Part shown: positions 27,585 to 38,873 of the stretch, piece by piece
Layout of the letters: each line of letters begins with the position of its first letter
Numbering within the stretch: position 1 is the first letter of the stretch
Assembly: GCA_000934665.2 (NCBI GenBank)
Contig: KZ538119.1
Span: 62,001-120,171, forward strand
Source of the DNA: Catajapyx aquilonaris
Taxonomy: Eukaryota
DNA: 58,171 bases
Reading direction: 5' to 3'
The notes under the pieces: generated by a model
Told to the model about the DNA's origin: nothing
Database searches by the model: none
Seen by the model: the letters and a program-made list of their open reading frames with translations, nothing else
Made by a program: the position numbers and the translations under genes

Positions 27585-28162
27585 TATTTCGAGTAGGGAG
27601 AAAGAAGACTGCCGAGCGGAGACACTGAGGAGGAGTGCTGACGACAAGCAGACAGATGCAGATACAGCTTGATGGTTATCCACTCGCGGCCAGACCAAGG
27701 CCAGACCGGCGCGACGAGGCCACCCCACGCCAAACCCCGCCTTATTATCGACTGGTCCGGTCTGGCCCAAAGGAGCTCACAGGTGGCAGCACGATCCAAT
27801 CACTAGCAGAGAAGAGTCTTGATAACATGCTTTAAATAATATTATATTCAAAATGCTATTATCTGTTATTCGCAATTAAAACGGCTGGATTGCCAAAGTA
27901 AAATGCTGGATCTCTCTCAGCACACCGATATAACATCTGGCTAGGGGAAAATGACGTCCTGTCTCTTTCATGTATTGCATGTATCAAGTAGTATTCCTAT
28001 CGCCGCATCTGTTGTCGTTGAGGAATCGCAGGTGTGGAAAAAAGATCCACGTCTACTACCTTTCCCTTACGGGGTCGTCGGTCGGGGAAGGACGGCCGTC
28101 GGATGCCTTGCTGCTTGATCCGTCGGGGGCCCTCCAAACGTCCCTGGAAGAAGAAACCATAA
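27585..28162. promoter_or_regulatory. Putative bidirectional promoter AGPS/CANT1
   Basis: Divergent start codons separated by 578 bp; CpG-rich 5' regions on both sides of an AT-rich core; CCAAT (~27796), GC-box-like CCCCGCC (~27735) and TGACGT (~27952). Confidence 0.6.
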
Positions 28163-29311
28163 ATGCAAGATCCGGAGCCGGACAAGATGACCACCCTGCA
28201 GAGCTGGAGGCAGGCCATACGCACCCCTACGCCGTACCGAGTGGGGAACCGCACCGTGAGGGTGCAGACCCAGTTTGTTGCACTGGTGGCCTTCATTGGG
28301 GTCCTTGTGCTGCTCGTGCTGTACACCACCTCACGCAAGGGCCACACTGTAGAGGCCTCCTCGTCCAGTTACAACGCCACCTACCCACTGTCAGCCCCTG
28401 TTCGTGTGATGCAGGGATGGCAGTACCGCATTGGCGTCATCTCCGACCTGGACCAGGCCTCCAAAACTGATGGTGGATGGATCAGCGTGTTCAAGACGGG
28501 CCGGATGACTGTCTTGGATGATGGTGGCATACAAATTGAGTGGGATGCATCCACTCGGCTCAAGTCAGATTTTAGTCGAGGTGGACGGGGCATGGAGCTC
28601 TCCGAACTGGTTGTGTTTAATGGGCGATTGTACAGTGTTGATGATCGGACTGGAGTGGTGTACGAAATTATTGAGAGCCAGTCCCGGGTAATACCGTGGG
28701 TCATTTTAGCAGATGGAGATGGTCGGTCGTCAAAGGGGTTCAAAGCGGAGTGGGCCACAGTGCATTCAAATCGGTTGTGGATTGGTGGACTTGGAAAGGA
28801 ATGGACCAGCACAACTGGCGTTGTACTTAACCATGATCCTATGTACATCAAAACTATTGGTGTTGATGGTGATGTTGCACATGTCAATTGGCGTGAGTCA
28901 TATGATGCCCTACGTCATGCTGTAGGTTCAGCACCACCAGGATATTTAATCCACGAGTCAGCAGTATGGAGTGAGTTTCATCAACGGTGGTTCTTCCTGC
29001 CACGCAGAGTGAGTCGTGAGGCCTACGATGAGACAAAAGATGAGCGCCGGGGTGCGAACTTGTTGCTGTCTGCCAACCACAACTTCCATGACATCCAAGT
29101 GGTGCATGTTGGACCGTTAGTGCCAACTCATGGGTTCTCCAGCTTTAAGTTTGTCCCCAGGACACATGATAAACTTATTGTTGCACTTAAGTCTGAGGAA
29201 GACTCAGGGCACACTGCCACTTACATAACTGCTTTTGATATTGATGGAAATGTGCATTTGCCTGAAACAAAAATTGGGGATGTCAAATATGAAGGTATTG
29301 AGTTTATATGA
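28163..29311 (+). CDS. CANT1: Calcium-activated nucleotidase 1 (Cimex-type apyrase), single coding exon, 382 aa
   Basis: Uninterrupted ORF with an N-terminal TM helix [17 protein letters not shown]. Motifs: [87 protein letters not shown]. Start could be 28163 or 28187. Confidence 0.95.
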   Translation: MQDPEPDKMTTLQSWRQAIRTPTPYRVGNRTVRVQTQFVALVAFIGVLVLLVLYTTSRKGHTVEASSSSYNATYPLSAPVRVMQGWQYRIGVISDLDQASKTDGGWISVFKTGRMTVLDDGGIQIEWDASTRLKSDFSRGGRGMELSELVVFNGRLYSVDDRTGVVYEIIESQSRVIPWVILADGDGRSSKGFKAEWATVHSNRLWIGGLGKEWTSTTGVVLNHDPMYIKTIGVDGDVAHVNWRESYDALRHAVGSAPPGYLIHESAVWSEFHQRWFFLPRRVSREAYDETKDERRGANLLLSANHNFHDIQVVHVGPLVPTHGFSSFKFVPRTHDKLIVALKSEEDSGHTATYITAFDIDGNVHLPETKIGDVKYEGIEFI

Positions 29312-30552
29312 TATCTCCATCTTAATATACAGGTACTGCTGCTATGTGCTTGATGTGAAAGTAATTAATTAGTCCACCAAGAATTGTAGTAGAGGCTGTG
29401 GTTCTGATGACAAGTATTAATATGTGCTATTGTAAAACACTAGCAATTATTGGAATCAAATGGATTTGACAGAATTTTCTGAAGCAAGTGCTGCAGTGCA
29501 TAACTTGGATTGTCATATCTGTCAGGAGTAGGGTAATGATAAGTAAACTGTGAGCAGTTCATTACTGTCATGAATTGCTTTCAGGCTGTAGTCAAAAGGA
29601 TATTTTTTGAAATGCAAAGCTCCCTGAGAGAGCCAGAGATTTTCCAAACATGCTCCAAAATTGCAGCACTGTACCATTATATTTATCAAACCAAAACTTT
29701 TTTGAAGGAGAAACTCATGAGATCCGAAAATGCTGTCTTGGATATCCTTGCATTGCTATATTGACAAAAGGATTAAGTTTATTTTGAATTGTAGAAAAAT
29801 CTAAAATCGTCTCAACCTTTTTGTCCAATGTAGAAGAACACATTTGGAGGCTAGTCTGAGTTGACTGTGGTGGAGAGGGGTATGGGGTATTCGGGCATAA
29901 ACCTCGCCCACTTGGCTGTGCATCTACTGGAGGGACTCAAGTGGTTCTGCCTCACTCTTCATTCTGCACAAGCTGACGGTAGCTGAGTGGTAAATATTTC
30001 AGTTTGAAAATATTTTCATTCATTCATTCATTATATAGCAAGCAGAAAATGGGACCTACAACTTGACCTCACACAGCCTATCCTCCCCAATGGTAATCTT
30101 GTCTGCACACTTGTTGTGCTGACTTGCCTGCCAACCATGTCAATTCATATAATCACCACCTAGACCAGTTGTACCACCCTCAGGAAAGTTTTCTGGCTGG
30201 AGAAGAGCCAAAGTTTCCTGATCATTTATGTGACTACCAAAATTTTCGCGATTATTTCCAGCAAGATATTTTTCCTGAAGACAGTATAACGGGACCTTAG
30301 AAAACCCCTTCAAAAAGTGACAAAATATATACCCGCCCCCAAAGGAATTGAACACCATTAAGGGCAATGCAGTTCCATGTTATTGAAATTCAACTGTAAT
30401 TTTAAAAATGAAATGTACATTCCAAGGATGGCCAAGCGTCGGCTGGATCCGCGCGCTGAGTTTAGTTTCCCTTAGCCTAGTCAGTACAAAACTGTGATAA
30501 CTACTGGCGCAGTACCAACAATAAAGTATGCTCGAATGTATTTCATATTGTG

Positions 30553-33500
30553 TCATTGGTTTATCATTTTGCAGAGTTGGCGAATTTCAGCAGCATATAT
30601 GCGGTCATCTTCACAGGGAGTTTCCAGGATCAAGGGGATATCATTAAGTCGTGGATCATTCATGATTCTTTCAAAGGTACCCAGTCCAAGTTTTCCTTTC
30701 CCAATGTTCTCATGCCTGTCCAGATGGCAACCCAGGGAACCCTTGGAGTCATTCAGATGAATTGCCATCAAGTAGCGGAGGCCCACCACACGATCAAACT
30801 CCAAGAAGGTCTTCTCATAGCCTTTGGGTGTAGATAAGTCATAGCCTGAAAAGATTAGATCAATGTGTGATTACTGTTCTTGTTGCTTACACGTATTTTC
30901 ATTACGAAGAATTACTATGACAGGGTCATTGATATGCCTCTGTCCACAGAAATTCAGTGCACCACTTCTCAATACTTTATAGATTCAGAGAGAATGAGCC
31001 AACAATGGTTTCTGAAAACCTATATCACATCACCAAAGTAGCAAGGCAAGCAATACCAAGTCGGTAAAGGTCGGTCATACAAATGAAGACCTCGGGAGAA
31101 AAACCATCAAGGTCCGCCTCAGGTGAACTGAGATACAGTGGAGCATCGATTATCCGAACACCAATCAACCGAACCATCGGTTAACCGAACGTTTTCGGGT
31201 CGGCAAAAAACAAAACCAAAAAAACCAAAAAAATGCATTTTTCTCCCCTAAACTGCAGGACTACTTCATGTAAGGACAGTAAGGTACATGTAAGTTACTC
31301 TTGTAGAGTATTGTTAAGACGTCCCCGTGACAGAAAATATACAGTTTTGTGGTTAATATCACTGTCTCTTAGTTTCATATTGCTCCTATGACACCGGTAC
31401 AATTTTTCCCCGTAAATGATCGGTTATCCGAACAATCAGTTATCCGAACACCCCCTTGGCAGACTCTGTTCCGATAACCGATGCTCCACTGTATTCCAGT
31501 TTTAAATTTCGAAGCCCCATAAGGTTCCATTGTATATCCCACTTCGAGGCCTTCCATTGTGACCTACGATCATTACTACACAACCACGATCAAACCATCA
31601 TATTCTACACTAGTGAAAGTATCTTCTGAGATGTTTTATTTTTGACAAAAAGTGAACCTTTATAGTTCTTCCCCAGAGGTCTTCAAATTGATATTAAATC
31701 TAAAATGTCCACAACAAGAACGGCTGTACTTATTACAGTTGAATCTGGATATAACAGCCTCGGCTATAACAGACTTTTGGTTATAAAGGCCGGTCCTGGT
31801 GTGCTTCCATAAGACCCTGTGTATTTTACTCCTGATATAACACTCATTTTCACCTCACCTCGGGTATAACAGACCATTTCTTGGCCCCTCGGTAGGAAAA
31901 TATAGTTTTCCAGGTATAAAATTTGCAAAAAGGAGAAGGCTGAAGAATACTTCGGATATTTCGGTCCACCATAATTTTTGGGTGGGCTAATTTGCATGTC
32001 CGAGGCTCTCTGAGGCATCGGTGAGCCCATAAGACTGTGGGTGAGCATGCTGGTGAGCCGGGGGAGAGCCGCGGAGAGCCTCGGAGAGCCGCAACTCAAG
32101 AGAGCCAGTGTACACTTTTTTTGAGGAGTGACTACCCCCTTGGTTATTTCCACTACAAGGTAGTAGTGACATCACAGGTGTCACAGGCCTGTAACTGTCA
32201 GTTTCTTTGTTGGCTGTTGACAGTTATTGATGCCACTTGTATTGTCACTACTATTCTCTTGCCAAATCATCAATATAGTGGAATTTGACATATTGCCCCA
32301 ATGCATCACTCTTCACACAATTAGAATTAAATTCAATCACAATTTAATTTCTTGAACATGTGACCTATTGAGCAATTTTTAAATTCTTCAACTACCCAAG
32401 TCCACTTGCAAATTTTGACACTGGTACAAACATGTGATCTTAATCCAAATAAGGAAGCACACAAGTTGGCACTCACCTGCAGCAAATGTGTGGCAGGTGT
32501 CAAGGCATATGCCAACTCGATCTTTGTCTCTGACCATCCCAATAATGGCCTTGAGATCCTCAAAGTCACCTCCCACACAGTGGCCCTGACCAGCCATATT
32601 TTCAATTACAGTTACGACTCCAGGTACAGCCTTATGAGCCATATTAATGCTCTCTGCTATAGTTCTCAAACAATCCTGCTTGTTCATCTTGCCACAGGTT
32701 GACCCCGGGTGGAAGTTGTAATGGGTTAATCCCAAGCGATGGCATCGGTCAAGTTCATCTTTGAGTGCTGCCCTGCTCTTGACAAGTGTATCTGGATTTG
32801 GAGCTCCAAGGTTTAAAAGGTAGCTCCCATGTGGAAGGATCAGGTGTGGCTGAAAGCCTTCTGCAGTCATGGCTTCTTTGAACAGTCTGCAGGTTTCTTC
32901 TTCTATAGGTTTTGCCTCCCACTTTCGCTGAGAGCGAAGGAACAATGCAAAGGACTTGGCACCTATGGAGATGGCATTTTTCACTGCCTTCTCCAGGCCT
33001 CCCTGGGCAGACACATGTGCACCAACATATTTTTGGCCAGTAATGGCAGGTGATCCATTCAAAGTGGCACAGTGTTTCTGTAAAAGATTTTAAAAACTAA
33101 TTATCATACAAAAGCACGACTTATTTCATGACATGTATTAGAGTATCTGGAAAGTAAGATCCATTTATTTATTAGAAAAACCACAATGCACCTCAAAAAA
33201 TTTTATTTGTACGAGGTGTGATCGAAAAGTCCTGGACTATGTTCATAAATCATCGGGATACAGACATAAAAACATTAATATTGATTTTAAGTCCTAATTT
33301 CCACTGCCACCTTCAAATAGTCACCTTGGGCAAGTATACAACAATTCCAGCGAATTTCCCATTTTTGGAAGCACCAAAAAAAATTGGGCAACAGTAGTAT
33401 GTTCAACACCTGCTGCGATTTTGCTTAGATCGCTTTAGTGGAGTCAAAATGCCTCCTTTTCTACCCAAATTTCATTTTAGGGAAGAGGTAGAAATCACGT

Positions 33501-36500
33501 GGTGCCAGGACAAACTAATAGGCAGGGTGTGGAACAGTGGTCATATGGTTTTTTGTCAGGAAGTCCCTGCCTACGCGTGAGGTGTGTGCAGGCAGCATTG
33601 TCATGGTGCAGCAACCAGTCTATGTTCTTCCACATCTCCGGCCATTTGAGCCTAAATCGTCTCAAACCATCGCAGTAATACTTGCCGTTGACAGTTTTAC
33701 CAGGAGGGAGAGACTCCATATGCACAATTCCTAAAATGTCAAAGAAAATGATCAGCATTGAGTTGATTTTGCTGCAAACTTGACGCGCCACCTACGAAGC
33801 TGTTAAACCACTCATATGTTATTGCTTGTCTTACAACTGGCACATCAAAAGCCTTGTTCAGCATTCGGTTGGTTCCATCCGAAGTTTTGTTGAGCTGGAA
33901 GCAAAATTTAATACAAATCTTCTGCTGCCTAACATCAGCGATTTCGAAAAATCGTAGAAGCACAAGAACACGGTGTCAAGAAAACTGCCGAAACTCGGAA
34001 ACATTTGCACCTATGAAGACGAAATTTTTCGGACTAATAGATGAAAGGTGCACCTAGCGCCCCTTAACGTCACAAGTTCGTACCTCCACTGGATTGCACG
34101 GTATATCGACAGTCCGGGAACTTTTTGATCACACCTCGTACATCTGGAATCTACAATTCTACTTTTTTTCAAAATAGTTTCCAAACAAATCTAGGCATGT
34201 TTCATTGAGTTACACAAGATTTTGTATGTCTATGTCATAGAGGTCTGCCGCCAGCCATTCCCACGATCCCTGAACGCTGGATTGGAACTCGTCGTCATCA
34301 TCAACCTTCTGCTTTGCAAGGCATTATTTTCTTCCTGGCACCGAAGCAGTTTGGTAGAGTGGATAAGGTGTCTGACTGCTAATCAGGAGGTCCTGGGTTC
34401 GAGACCCGGGGCCGGCAATCCTAACCGTGGTTTTCTGTGGTTTCCCACAGTCCACCCAGGAGAATTCCAGGGTTGCTTCCTAAATAATAGGCCACAGCCG
34501 AATCCTTCCTTTCCTATCCTTGTCCTGTCCATGAGAGGGTGCGGTGTCGGTGGGGGGTGTCTGACCCGCGCCTAGGGGGGTGTCTTGTCACTTGGCCCCC
34601 CTGGGGGACTGCACACGACCCCCAATCTGAGACATCGCACTAGCACCCGTATCCCCCCCTCACAAATCCCTATCCCAACCCCTGGACCAGTGAGAAAAAT
34701 GCAAAGAAAATTTCGTAAGAAAAAAAAAATGGTGGTAATCCACCCCCCTAAAATTGCACTGTTCCCTCAATCGAGTAAAAGCTAAATAAATTTTTTTTCC
34801 TCTCTCTTCCTGTCCCTGGTCAGGACGGCGGTAATCGCTAGGCTCTAAATCCGGGGTGATCGAACAATTCGCACTTGAATTGTTGCAGCAGGGTTCCAGT
34901 AAGCAAGGCAGAAGGGAGGAAGGCAGTGTTGCGCATGAAAAACACCAGGAACTAAACATGCCGCTATGCAACAATTCAAGTGCGAATTGTTCGATCACCT
35001 GGGGTTTAGAGCCTAGCGATTACCACCTGTCCATGGACAGGAAGAAATGGCTTGCAAAACAGAAGGTTGACGATGATGAGTTGCAATCCAGTGTTCAGGG
35101 ATAGTGGAAATGGTTGGCGGCAGACCTCTATAACATAGGCATACAAAATCTTGTGCAATTCAATGAAAAATGCCTTGATTTGTTTGGAAACTATTTTGAA
35201 AAAAAAAAAAAAGAAGAGAGAGGCAGTTATCGATTTCAGATGTGTAATAAAATTTTTGGGGGTGCATTGTGGTATTGGTAATAATAATAAATAACGGACC
35301 TTACTTTCCGGATACTCTAATCCCATAACTATAATTGCCTCATTCTCCAACAGAATATTTTTTAAATGCATACCACTGTCATTCCATTTTCCTTGGGCAG
35401 AGAAATGGGTCCACCCTCATCATCAGATTCCAATATGGTAGATAGCGCGGGGGGCTTGCAGTATGGTTCACGCACATACAATTCTGCTACTTTTTTATCC
35501 TGCTTCTTCTTCAGCTGCTGTAGTTTCATAATTGCCTTCACCTTTGGATCCATCTTCTTTTTAGCCTCCTTAGAAACCTTAATTTCTTCATCTGTATCAC
35601 TGTCTGACTCTCTTAATTTTGGTGTGTAACATGCTGATGAACGTCTTGGCCTGCTTAATGGAGCTGGTGGGTCAAAGGCTGCAACAACTCCTGAAGAAAC
35701 GTTGTTCCTCTGCTTCCGAGATGCTACCTTCACAGGTTCTTTATCTTGAGGAGTGCTTGAAGTAATGCTGTTGCGGCGCTTTCGCTGCAGAGGCTTTTTG
35801 ACATCTGGCTTCTCTGCACCTTAGCAATTATACATAGAGTCAATTTGTACAATGTTTCCTTTTGTTTCTAAAATGGAATTAGTAATCATAAAAGGAGAGC
35901 AATATATTGACCACTGCTCATCAGTTGGTAGCCCTCACACACAGTCTTTCTCTGTGATGTAACAAGTGCAAAAGTGCCTTATCAGAGGTGTTTTTCTACT
36001 AGTAAGAATACTACTCAGGCCTGCCCTATGACCATGTTGTCTCATATAAACTATCCACTAACAGACCTATTCTTCACAATGAGAAATAAGATCCAGGTTT
36101 ATGAATCAAACTTGGATTTTTTTCCATCTGGATAAATCATTACCATCCATGCTGGCTACTTTGCCTCCTGTAAGTCACTTCATTCAACAAATTACTTATT
36201 ACGTGTGTAACAACTACAGGATGCACGATGAAAGGAGTGGCACTTGAAACTCCCATCAATGATGCTGAAGGGCAAGATTGTGGAGTTGATGATGGTGACA
36301 CCAGCAATAACTGATTGGTGCAGTAAATCAGCATGTTATGAAATTTAAAATATGCACATTACTTGGGATGCTTACAAATGTATCTTGCATTCATAGCCAC
36401 ACAGTAATAAAATAATGGGCATAATATCATTATATCCTCAAAAAGGTATAATTATGTTAAACATATGTAAAATGCATCAGTTTTGGACTGTTCAAAAACA

Positions 36501-37002
36501 TGCACAATAAAAAAGTGTGATATCACATTCACAAGTTTGAGCTTTTATAGCATGTCCCTTTGCATGTTTAATATGATGCATGCCATTGCTGACTATCTGC
36601 ATAGTCGTTGAGGTCCCTTTGATCCCCTGACTTGGTGGAAAAGTCCCCTGTTGGGGACTTTTTCACCTGGAAAGTTTCGATGGGTTTTCTTGTTTCTAGT
36701 TTCTAGTTTCCATCCACTCTCAAAATCCATCAGAAACACAATCTGAAAGCATCTGGGAATCGAAAATGCCGCAGGTACAGCATGTGGCATCCATGTTATC
36801 TAATTACTATTGCAGCAAATCGTTCAAAATCATATTAGAATAACACAGGAACCTCAAGGGTCCCCAGTTTGTTAGATTACCTGACGCATTCATGCAAATT
36901 ATACTTGCCTTTCCCCAAAGCATCTGCCATGCTTCCAGATGGGGCTGCTGCTGGACCCCCCACCTTGCTGCTGGTGCGGCTCCTGGTCTTTCGGGGCGAC
37001 AT
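30553..37002 (-). CDS. apn1: AP endonuclease of the endonuclease IV (Nfo/APN1) family with basic N-terminal extension, 4 exons, ~477 aa
   Basis: Exons 37002-36909 (GC donor), 35819 (or 35813)-35374, 33077-32477, 30845-30553; in phase. Motifs: VGAHVSAQGG, PHGSYLLNLG, NFHPGS, IENMAGQG, CLDTCHTFAAGYDL, IHLNDSKG, DRHENIG, ILETP carry the full set of Zn-ligand residues. The last two exons are firm, the first two less so. Confidence 0.9.
31136..31491. mobile_element. pogo/Tigger-like MITE, 356 bp
   Basis: TA|CAGTGGAGCATCGATTATCCGAAC...GTTCCGATAACCGATGCTCCACTG|TA with subterminal TTATCCGAAC repeats. Confidence 0.88.
31736..31890. mobile_element. One-ended relative of the 16480 MITE family
   Basis: TA|CAGTTGAATCTGGATATAACAGCCTCGGCTATAAC aligns by eye with the reverse complement of 16655 onward. 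No second TIR was found. Confidence 0.55.
33212..34138 (-). mobile_element. Internally deleted mariner element, 927 bp
   Basis: TA|CGAGGTGTGATCGAAAAGT...ACTTTTTGATCACACCTCG|TA. Transposase remnants QQKICIKFCFQLNK and MLIIFFDILGIVH...TVNGKYYC...WLLHHDNA, frameshifted. Confidence 0.92.
34338..34804 (+). mobile_element. tRNA-derived SINE, family B
   Basis: A box TGGTAGAGTGG, B box GGTTCGAGACC, core GGTTTTCTGTGGTTTCCC...AGGCCACAGCCGAATCCTTCC. It interrupts the host arm with TSD TCTTCCTG (34330-34337, 34805-34812). Confidence 0.85.
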
Positions 37003-37189
37003 GCCTGCTAGATCCTTCTGGCTAATTTCCTCTTTAACCTGCCACACACCTCTGTAGTTTCGTCCGTGTCAAGCTTGGAACACTTCTTGGATGCACATTG
37101 TTATGGCCAGTCCACACTCTCTCTCTCTTCCTCGACCTACTTAAAATATTGAAATATCCAGGCATAAAACGAGGCCTTAAAATGACTGG

Positions 37190-37860
37190 AAATCAGTTAC
37201 GCCGAGACAGAGAGACTTCGAAAGTGCGACCAGCACTCCGATGACGGGTGGCTTGGCGGCGTTACCATATAAAAAAAATACACACACCACCGTCGGGTCA
37301 TCCGAATATCTACGGCCGTGTGTGTGACGTCATCGTCATTGAGTACATTCCTAAGCTCAGATGAGGCTCAGACCGTGTCAACCTATGTGAAAGAAACCAC
37401 CACGTGTAACACCCGTCGAAGACACCCAGGAGCACAACTATTCGCTAAACGCACATGAAAACACGGATAAAAATGAAATCCTGGTGTAAAATGGACATCG
37501 GACGCGCCCTGAGCAACGCCCAATAGCGACTGGGGCTGCAACTAACTCTGCTCACATAAGAGATTCCTTCCTTCCTTCCCTTCCTGTGTGTGTGGTCTTC
37601 CTCTTCCTTCCTTCGTCTGTTCCCTCCCTCCCGCAGTCCGCAGTCGCAGTTCGGCCAAAGGGCTTCTCTGACACTCTCCAGGGTCAGACCCCTACTCGTC
37701 GACACACCAACCGCAGGACAAGGTGAATACTCCTTATATCCTCTGCCCGGGATTGTGCCACGGACAGTGTTTATTGACGTATAGGTCAAGGTGACATCAC
37801 CTGTCACTCGCGTTCCGATTGCGGGAAGAGACCGTGCAGCGGGAGGAGGCGTGCTCCTGT
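37190..37860. promoter_or_regulatory. CpG-rich putative bidirectional promoter APN1/TTC39C
   Basis: CpG-dense island between divergent genes. Full CRE TGACGTCA at 37325-37332, E-box CACGTG at 37401, CCAAT ~37520. Candidate TTC39C leader-exon donor AAG|GTGAAT at 37723 and acceptor at 38820. Confidence 0.55.
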
Positions 37861-38873
37861 TCGATGGAATTCATTGCCTATCACTGGATGACCACCACTT
37901 ACGAACATGAAATAGTTCTAGCCAAGCCAATGTCAGAATGTGTTGGGTATGTCAATCCACACCTTGATTTGGTTTCATAACTAGAATGGTTGTCATGCCT
38001 TAGATAGGGTATGCTCACCTGTCAGACCCATCTTTTAACCGTCATTGGAATATGTATGCGTAGAGAATTTTACATTAAATATTAAGACCATACTGCCACA
38101 ATATTATTTTTATTTTTCACAATGGGACATAGGCTGTGCTTAAATCGCATTAATTACGGAAACAGCAGGGACAGCAAGGCAGTTGGGGCACATCACTTTG
38201 GGGGGCCTGGGTAGGGCCCAAGAGAAAAGAAACACTGCATGCAGGACTGACATAATCATAAAAATATTACAGATAACAATAGTATTGTTGCTTATAAGCA
38301 GTTATGAAGTTCAAGAATGGAGAGGGGTTGGGGGTCAGAGGTGCATAACTTGCAGTGGGACCCTCACCCTGGCTGACCTAGGTAATGTGTTGCATGTGGG
38401 AGTTCACATGTGCATATTATGATGCAGTTTGAGCATGTTATGATTAACAAGTTTCACAATTATGTAATCATGCATTTTACAGAGAAGGCTCTTTTGAAGT
38501 GCACACAAAAAGATGGCAATGAATTCTGGACTTGCTTTGCTGTAATTCACATTATGTTTTGAATGCCTGATGAGTGTAAGAAACTGTTGATATGCTTGTA
38601 ACTAACATCCATGTGTGATTATTATATGGGTTTTAAAACTGGATGTTACAAACTTGACCCTACTCATCATTTCCAAACCTCAAGTTTGCAGATACTGCAC
38701 TCAGACTATGCTATCATGGGTGTTTACTTCAAATAACTTCTGTTGATAATCTAAAAGGGAAAGTGAATTTATTGTTATAATGAGAAAGTTTTCTTAGTCT
38801 AAAACCTTCCCAATTTTCAGATCCGTCCAAGATAAATCCAGCCAGAAAGGAAGTTAATTCTCTGTTGGAAATA

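Larger units (their letters stand above)
33138..35320. mobile_element. Palindromic mariner derivative made of two inverted 3' ends; hosts two nested insertions
   Basis: Termini TTAGAGTATC(T/C)GGAAAGTAAG. The left arm (33138-33211, 34141-34337, 34813-34887) mirrors the right arm (34967-35320). The arms encode a mariner C-terminus: LEPSDYHL..RKKWLAKQKVDDDELQ...LAADLYNIGIQNLVQFNEKCLDLFGNYFEK. Confidence 0.85.

Noticed and set aside
27585..27770. Upstream in-frame extension of AGPS exon 1 in the ORF track
   Set aside because: Begins at a non-ATG codon; the first ATG (27584) places the PTS2 at the N-terminus.
28381..28887. 168 aa antisense ORF within CANT1 (and similar shadows on other exons)
   Set aside because: Antisense shadow of a real coding frame.
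31145..31480. CRISPR-like repeats (TTATCCGAAC)
   Set aside because: Irregular short subterminal repeats of a TA-flanked MITE in a eukaryote; no spacers or cas genes.
32388..33062. Bacterial nfo contamination or recent horizontal transfer
   Set aside because: The gene is split by spliceosomal introns containing host transposons and sits among animal genes.
34345..34420. Functional tRNA gene
   Set aside because: Acceptor stem does not pair; it is the head of a TSD-flanked SINE.
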